NCBI GenBank assembly: GCA_043228905.1 | Contig: JBHGNT010000009.1 | Span: 19,592,001-19,656,000, forward strand | Direction: 5' to 3' | Origin: Azolla caroliniana | Lineage: Eukaryota; Plantae; Polypodiophyta | Length of the DNA: 64,000 nt | Shown: in pieces, positions 61,873 to 64,000 of the stretch | Numbering within the stretch: position 1 is the stretch's first letter | Layout: the number at the start of each line of letters is the position of its first letter | The notes under the pieces: model-generated | Seen by the model: only the letters and a program-made list of their open reading frames with translations | Told to the model about the DNA's origin: nothing | The model's database searches: none | Translations under genes and position numbers: made by a program

Positions 61873-64000
61873 TGTTGAGAGACAAGCTCAACATCGGCCG
61901 GATCGGCTGAAGAAGCCGAGGACCGGATCAGTTAGGCCGAGTGCGTAAACCGGGAGGCCGTTAGGAAAGATATTCCGGGAGGAATATATTTGGGAGTTAG
62001 TGTAGGAGCTCTTAAAGAGCATTGAAGTACGGTCAGTACTTCGGTCAGTCCTTCGAGGACTTGTATAAAAGTGTTCATGGAACACACATATGTATAGAGT
62101 AGTGAATCGAGATCTTTTGTTGAATATAGTTCTTGTGTTTTCTCTCTCTCTCACTCTCTCTGTCTCTCCCGCGTATACTGCGTAAGCTCAAGCTCTCCAT
62201 TAAACCTGAGTTTTCCTCCTTCTGTTCGGTCTTCATACTTGCTTCCGCACGTTACTTTTTACATGGTATCAAAGCACGAGGGTTGAGAACCTCTCTGCAG
62301 CCGACACAGCTTGACGAAGAAGAACAAGAAGAACGATGGATAGAGGCATGGCGAGCTCGCTTCCAACAGAGAAGCTCGACAGAACCAACTACGCGTCTTG
62401 GTCTTACAAGATGCACCAGTACTTGCTCGGGCACGACTACTGGAGTTATGTCGAAGGAGCTAATGACGCGGCACCCGAATCGACACACAGAGACTTCCCG
62501 TCGTGGGAGCAATCGGCGAGCAGGGTATTATACTGCTTCGCGTCGTGTGTGGGCGAACAACTATTGAGCTATGTTCGGGATGCAAAGACGCCGAAGGGTG
62601 CGTGGGAAAATCTGAAGAAGATCTTCACCGCGAGCACCACAGCCAGGAAGCTTCAGCTCCGACAGGAGTTGAGCAACCTACGACAACACGACTTGTCGGT
62701 GGCAGACTATACCTCGAAGATCAAGGATATCTGCGACTCCCTCGCCTCCATAGAGGTGAACATCGAGGAGAGCGAGAGGGTCCAGATCTGTCTCGGAGGT
62801 TTGGCGTCGAAGTTTAGAGCGTTCCGGACGGCTGTGTGTACCCGGGAGAATACGCCTTCCTTTTTTGACTTACAGTCAATGCTCCTGGTAGAGGAGAACC
62901 ACGCGGGTGCGTCTACAAGCACGCACACTGACAACAGAATGTTGTACACGGAGGGAGATAGGCCCCGTGGACGTGGAGGACGAGGCGAGTCGGCGTGCAA
63001 TGGAGGCGGCCGACGAGATCAAGGAAGAAGGCACCGAAGTGATGCCGACAGCAACTCCGGACCCTCCGGAAACAGGGGGAGTCGAAGCGATGAGAACCGG
63101 CAAGGGAAGGCCATCGCGGAGTGTTGGTACTGTGGCAAGAAAGGCCACAGGGAAAGTGAGTGCTAGAAGAAGCGCGCCGATTCGGAGAGAACCGGTTCTG
63201 GAAACGGCTCCGAACATACCGACAAGGGAAATCGGCAGCGATACACACTACGCCGAAGACTCCGGGAGAGCCAGAGAAGGGTCTGCCTTCGTGACGAGAC
63301 ACGAAGCAAAGTCAATGAAACGGATCACCCCGAGATCGGACGAGGTGTGGTACGTAGACTCCGGCGCGTCAAACCACATGACGAGCCATAAGGAGTGGTT
63401 CTCGTACCTTGAAAAACTGATACAACCTGGAGTAGTCGCAACTGGAGACGACACTCCGCATCCGATCGCGAATGTCGGAGAAGTTCCCCTTAGCCATGTT
63501 GGGCAGAAAGGGAAACTCATGAACGTGCTACACGTTCCGAAAATCACGAAGAACTTGGTCTCGGTCGGACAGATCGTCGACCAAGGGATGGAGGGTCGGT
63601 TTACACACCTCGGGTGCTTCATTGAGGAAGAAGGCCGTGTGATTGCGCAAGGACGCAGAGACGGGAGGATGTTCATCCTCAACTCCACTTACGGCGGCAC
63701 CGCAATGTTCGCGAAGGGAAGAAAAACCGAGTCAGACATCGACTTGTGGCATAAGCGGATAGGCCACGTCAACTACCAGCGGCTTCAAGATTTGCAATCG
63801 AAACAGGTAGTGTTCGGATTGCCCAAATTTAGTGGCTGAAAGGCACAAATTTGTGAAGCCTGCCAGCTCAGGAAGCAACACCGACTTCCTTTCCCCAACG
63901 AGCAAAACCGGAGCCGGAATAAGCTCGACCTTATACACTCCGATGTATGGGGGCCGGCACAAAATGTTAGTCTTGGCGGGAGCCGATATTTCGTCTCCTT
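61873..64000 (+). mobile_element. copia element F (same family as C), 5' part, running off the window
   Basis: 5' LTR 61873-62263, PBS TGGTATCAAAGC 62264-62275, gag 62336-63166, PR WYVDSGAS, start of IN (HSDVWGPA). Confidence 0.92.

Noticed and set aside
62907-63839. 310-aa ORF overlapping gag as a programmed frameshift product
   Set aside because: Sister element C has gag and PR in one frame, so a 1-bp insertion near 63245 explains it.

Overview
Eukaryotic plant nuclear DNA, most likely from a fern. The evidence is a captured psbB fragment that reads fern-like from memory and retroelement lineages typical of non-seed plants. One intact host gene, an 11-exon DCN1-like cullin-neddylation factor (minus strand, CDS 17434-22491, 251 aa), lies between two deep nests of LTR retrotransposons that fill about 80% of the window. 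Left nest: an element with an extra coiled-coil ORF and a Tcn1-like chromovirus, both inserted into an older Ty3/gypsy. Right nest: several Ty1/copia elements, a second Tcn1-like element, two related tRNA-Trp-primed non-chromoviral Ty3 elements with 4-bp TSDs, and a plastid psbB insertion. Boundaries, TSDs, PBS and PPT could be read directly for most elements. Most notable: (i) tRNA-like Pol III A/B-box modules built into the LTRs of unrelated elements; (ii) a conserved -1 frameshift site with a covarying H-type pseudoknot between Gag-protease and RT; (iii) a Tf1-like self-priming signature in the Tcn1-like element; (iv) an extra ~445-codon coiled-coil ORF bracketed by a duplicated 30-bp motif that resembles a tRNA-Arg 3' end and sits where a PPT should be; (v) a probable intron inside a gag gene; (vi) copia elements with two PPTs whose Pol reads through the first. 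All analysis was by eye and no database searches were run.
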